Shown here in pieces: positions 61,616 to 64,000 of a stretch of 64,000 nt of DNA (positions are counted from its first letter, which is position 1; each line of letters starts with the position of its first letter). Location of the stretch: positions 1,624-65,623 of the forward strand of contig JBCDKH010000002.1 of NCBI GenBank assembly GCA_038746835.1. The letters run 5' to 3'. The DNA comes from Planctomycetota bacterium (GTDB lineage: Bacteria; Planctomycetota; Phycisphaerae; Tepidisphaerales; Tepidisphaeraceae). Under the pieces are notes generated by a model. It made no database searches, was not told the DNA's origin, and saw only the letters and a list, made by a program, of their open reading frames with translations. The position numbers and the translations under genes are program-made.

Positions 61616-63097
61616 TCACTCCGATTCCGCGTCGGACAACATGAACTTGATTTCCGCCTCTGCGGCCAGTCGTCGGCCGATGTAGGCGGTGCAGCGGACC
61701 TGGCCGTACCGGCTTTTGATGCGAACGGCATCGGCGACGAGGATCAGCTGGTCGCCGGGTGTGACTGCGTGACGCAGCTTCACGCGGTCCATGCTCAACA
61801 GAATCGCGATCTTGCCCGTGTGCTCCAGCTTCCGGCTGAGCAGAATCCCGCCGAGCTGGCCCATCGCCTCGACGATCAGGACGCCTGGGAAGATCGGGCG
61901 TGTCGGGTAGTGGCCGAGGAAGAAGACGTCGCCCATCGTGACGTTCTTCACGCCGATCGCCCGCCGATCGCCGACGAACTTGAGCACGCGGTCGACCAGC
62001 AGCATCGGGAACCGGTGCGGCAGAATCCGCTGGATCGCCTTGGCGTCCATCGCCGGCGGTGCTTCGCCCAGGAGCAGGTCGGCCACCTCGTCGAGCTCGT
62101 CGCGCGGCTGCAGCGGACCCTCGTCGATCGACGGCGACGCCTCGGCGTGGGCGGCTAGAGCCTTGGCCAGCTCGTGGTTCAGGGCGTGGCCCGAGCGATG
62201 GGCGATGATCCGACCGCACACCGGCCGGCCGAGCAGGGCGAGATCGCCCAGAAGGTCCAGGGCTTTGTGGCGTGCCGGCTCGTCGGGCCAGCGAAACGCA
62301 TTGTCGATTGGGCCTTGATCGCCGATGACGAGCAGGTCCTTGTGCGTCAGGTGGCCGCCCCAGCCGTGGGCTTTGAGCGCTTCGGCCTCGCCTTCGAAGA
62401 TGAACGTCCTCGCGTCGGCCAGCTCGGACAGGGCCGCGTTGTCGGATTGGCCCCAGTCGACCCGAAGCGACACGACCTGCCTGCCAAGCGGCTCGTCGGC
62501 CTCGAACGTGTAGACGATTTCCAACGCATCGCTCGGGCCGGGCAGGGCGACGACCGACGCTCCCGACTCGCCCATCACCTGAACGGTGTCGGTCACGACC
62601 AGCGGCTTGATCTCCGACTCCAGCTCCTCGACGCCCGCGTCCTGCACGGCCTGGACGAAGGCGGACGACGAGCCGTCGCCCATCGGCACCTCGTACGACT
62701 CGTCCGACTCGTCGGCATCGAGCCCGACCTCGGCATCGGTAATGCCGCAGCTGGCAAGGCCGGCCAAAAGGTGTTCGACGGTCTCGACGCGCAGCCGATC
62801 ACCTGCCAGGACGGTGTGCCGAGGCTGAATCTCGAGACGATCGAGCGATGCGGCGAGCCGTCGCGGCCGGGCGGGTTGTGGCTCGGCGTTGTCTCGGACG
62901 AAGAAGATGCCGTCACCGCCGCGTGCCGGGGCGAGGCGGAGCTTGACCTGCTTGCCGGTAAACAGGCCCGGCCCTTCAACGACGATCGGCTGGGCGAGGG
63001 TGCGCCGGGTCCAGCGTGAGGCGTTGGCAGACGCGGCGGCCTTGCCGTTGCTGCTGGCGTTCGGAGCTGATTTCGTTTCTTGGGACAGGGCAGGCAT
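61616..63097 (-). CDS. lpxC-fabZ: Bifunctional UDP-3-O-acyl-GlcNAc deacetylase / 3-hydroxyacyl-ACP dehydratase (LpxC-FabZ fusion)
   Basis: Within ORF 61616..63220, ATG 63097. LpxC motifs are ..TVEHLLAGLASCGI.. and ..IAHRSGHALNHELA... FabZ motifs are ..ILPHRFPMLLVDRV.. and ..GHYPTRPIFPGVLIVEAMGQLGG... Confidence 0.93.
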   Translation of the reverse strand: MPALSQETKSAPNASSNGKAAASANASRWTRRTLAQPIVVEGPGLFTGKQVKLRLAPARGGDGIFFVRDNAEPQPARPRRLAASLDRLEIQPRHTVLAGDRLRVETVEHLLAGLASCGITDAEVGLDADESDESYEVPMGDGSSSAFVQAVQDAGVEELESEIKPLVVTDTVQVMGESGASVVALPGPSDALEIVYTFEADEPLGRQVVSLRVDWGQSDNAALSELADARTFIFEGEAEALKAHGWGGHLTHKDLLVIGDQGPIDNAFRWPDEPARHKALDLLGDLALLGRPVCGRIIAHRSGHALNHELAKALAAHAEASPSIDEGPLQPRDELDEVADLLLGEAPPAMDAKAIQRILPHRFPMLLVDRVLKFVGDRRAIGVKNVTMGDVFFLGHYPTRPIFPGVLIVEAMGQLGGILLSRKLEHTGKIAILLSMDRVKLRHAVTPGDQLILVADAVRIKSRYGQVRCTAYIGRRLAAEAEIKFMLSDAESE

Positions 63098-63397
63098 CGC
63101 AAGCGTTTTCCGGCAGTCGGTTATCGATGCTAGAGCGGCTTCTGCCGGGGTGTCTGGACGGCCCGGATCAACCCGGCTGCAGGCACACGGGCACATCGGA
63201 CGATAAGGGCGATGGTCCACCTGTGTGGACGGCCCGGCTGCCCGGGCTTGCGGCGGCGTCGCGAAACTTCACACTGCTCGGCCCACCAGATGCCGGCGTG
63301 TCGCGATCGACCGATTCGGAAGCTACCTTCCCTGTCCCACGACGCTCGTACGACCCCCGCCACGACGCGCTTGTCCAGCAACCGACCGCCACGCACG

Positions 63398-64000
63398 ATG
63401 GCCACGACGCACGCCCCGATGTCCGACTCCCAGCCCACCTGCACCCGGCGACTCCGCCGACGGACCGCCCGAATGCTTCGTGCCGCGACCTGCGGTCTGG
63501 CGCTGGCCATGGTCACCACCGGCTGCGAGGTCTCGAACTTCCTCGACCCAACCGTTGTCACCGACCCGGAGAAGACCAGCCAGCTTCAGCCCGACGGCTC
63601 GGCCACGCCGATCGTCAGCGTCATCCTCGACGACCTGGACCTGGGCGTCACGCCGCCCGATCAGCCATACGCCAACGCCCGCGACGTCACCGCCGAAGAC
63701 CTGGAGGTTAAGACCGCCGACTACGTCATCGGCCCGGGCGATCAGCTTCGCGTCACGATCTTCGACTACCCGCAGCCGACCAGTCAGCTCATCGACGCCT
63801 TCGAAGTTACCGCCACGGGCGTTATCAACCTGCCCGACGTCCGCGAAGTCTCGATGCAGGGCCTGACCGAAACCCAGGCCGCCCGGGTTATCGAAGAGGC
63901 GTACGTCAACGCCCAGATTTTCCGCGACGGCGCCGCCCGTGTGAACGTCCTGGCGTTTACCAAGCAGAACCGCACCTTCACGATCATCGGCAACGCTGTC
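63398..64000 (+). CDS. wza: Wza-like outer-membrane polysaccharide export protein, 5' part (runs off the window)
   Basis: This frame is open to base 64000 and so is not in the ORF track. Candidate starts are ATG 63398, 63419 or 63473. From 63473 my translation is MLRAATCGLALAMVTTGCEVS.. (lipoprotein-like). It continues ..DYVIGPGDQLRVTIFDYPQ..TATGVINLPDVREVSMQGLTETQAARVIEE..VNVLAFTKQNRTFTIIGNAV, which fits the Poly_export pattern. Confidence 0.8.
   Translation, partial: MATTHAPMSDSQPTCTRRLRRRTARMLRAATCGLALAMVTTGCEVSNFLDPTVVTDPEKTSQLQPDGSATPIVSVILDDLDLGVTPPDQPYANARDVTAEDLEVKTADYVIGPGDQLRVTIFDYPQPTSQLIDAFEVTATGVINLPDVREVSMQGLTETQAARVIEEAYVNAQIFRDGAARVNVLAFTKQNRTFTIIGNAV

Overview
High-GC bacterial chromosomal segment. 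I saw no rRNA, transposase, integrase, reverse transcriptase or CRISPR array. The left third (2.0-21.5 kb) is one large Wzx/Wzy-type exopolysaccharide (EPS) locus. It has a minus-strand trio (PRTase-HAD fusion, hexapeptide acetyltransferase, Wzx flippase) divergent from a ~16-kb plus-strand operon. That operon encodes an SGNH esterase with a PEP-CTERM tail, one GT4, three GT2, a split Alg14/Alg13-like GT and a degenerate nucleotidyltransferase-like ORF. It also encodes a Wzz/BY-kinase-type co-polymerase without a Tyr tail, a priming sugar transferase with a long soluble N-domain, a Wzy-like polymerase and 2-3 GT8. The operon's stop lies 7 bp from the stop of convergent dnaA. The remaining 42 kb mixes housekeeping genes with small accessory units. 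Housekeeping genes are family-4 UDG, deoxyhypusine-synthase-like, RNase D, SCO1/DUF420, K+/H+ antiporter, mutS, rho, yqeY, mqnA, HIT, PpiD-like, waaA, hisF, two cyclophilins, TlpA-like, lpxA and fused lpxC-fabZ. Accessory units are an orphan ABC-2 permease, an EEP hydrolase / C39-like peptidase pair, a VapBC-like TA pair, a 985-aa RTX-repeat protein and a DUF2254 gene broken by an in-frame TAG. They also include AraC- and Fur-like regulators, an orphan solute-binding protein, a ParA+RHH pair, a Ser/Thr kinase and the 5' part of a Wza-like exporter. There are two tRNAs: Lys-CTT and His-GTG. Fused lpxC-fabZ, futalosine mqnA, LExRRLL N-termini and the many palindromic repeats suggest a Planctomycetota-like organism (inference only). 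The non-coding standouts are six copies of a ~92-95-bp palindromic element, at least four other long-hairpin families, a palindrome cluster upstream of parA, and a tRNA-His / 34-bp-stem hairpin / hisF arrangement. No single clearly novel multi-gene system is proven. The best candidates for follow-up are the unusual EPS-locus components (PRTase-HAD, pseudo-nucleotidyltransferase modules, PEP-CTERM esterase), the N-terminal LExRRLL tag and the repeat families. All family assignments come from motif reading, not database searches.
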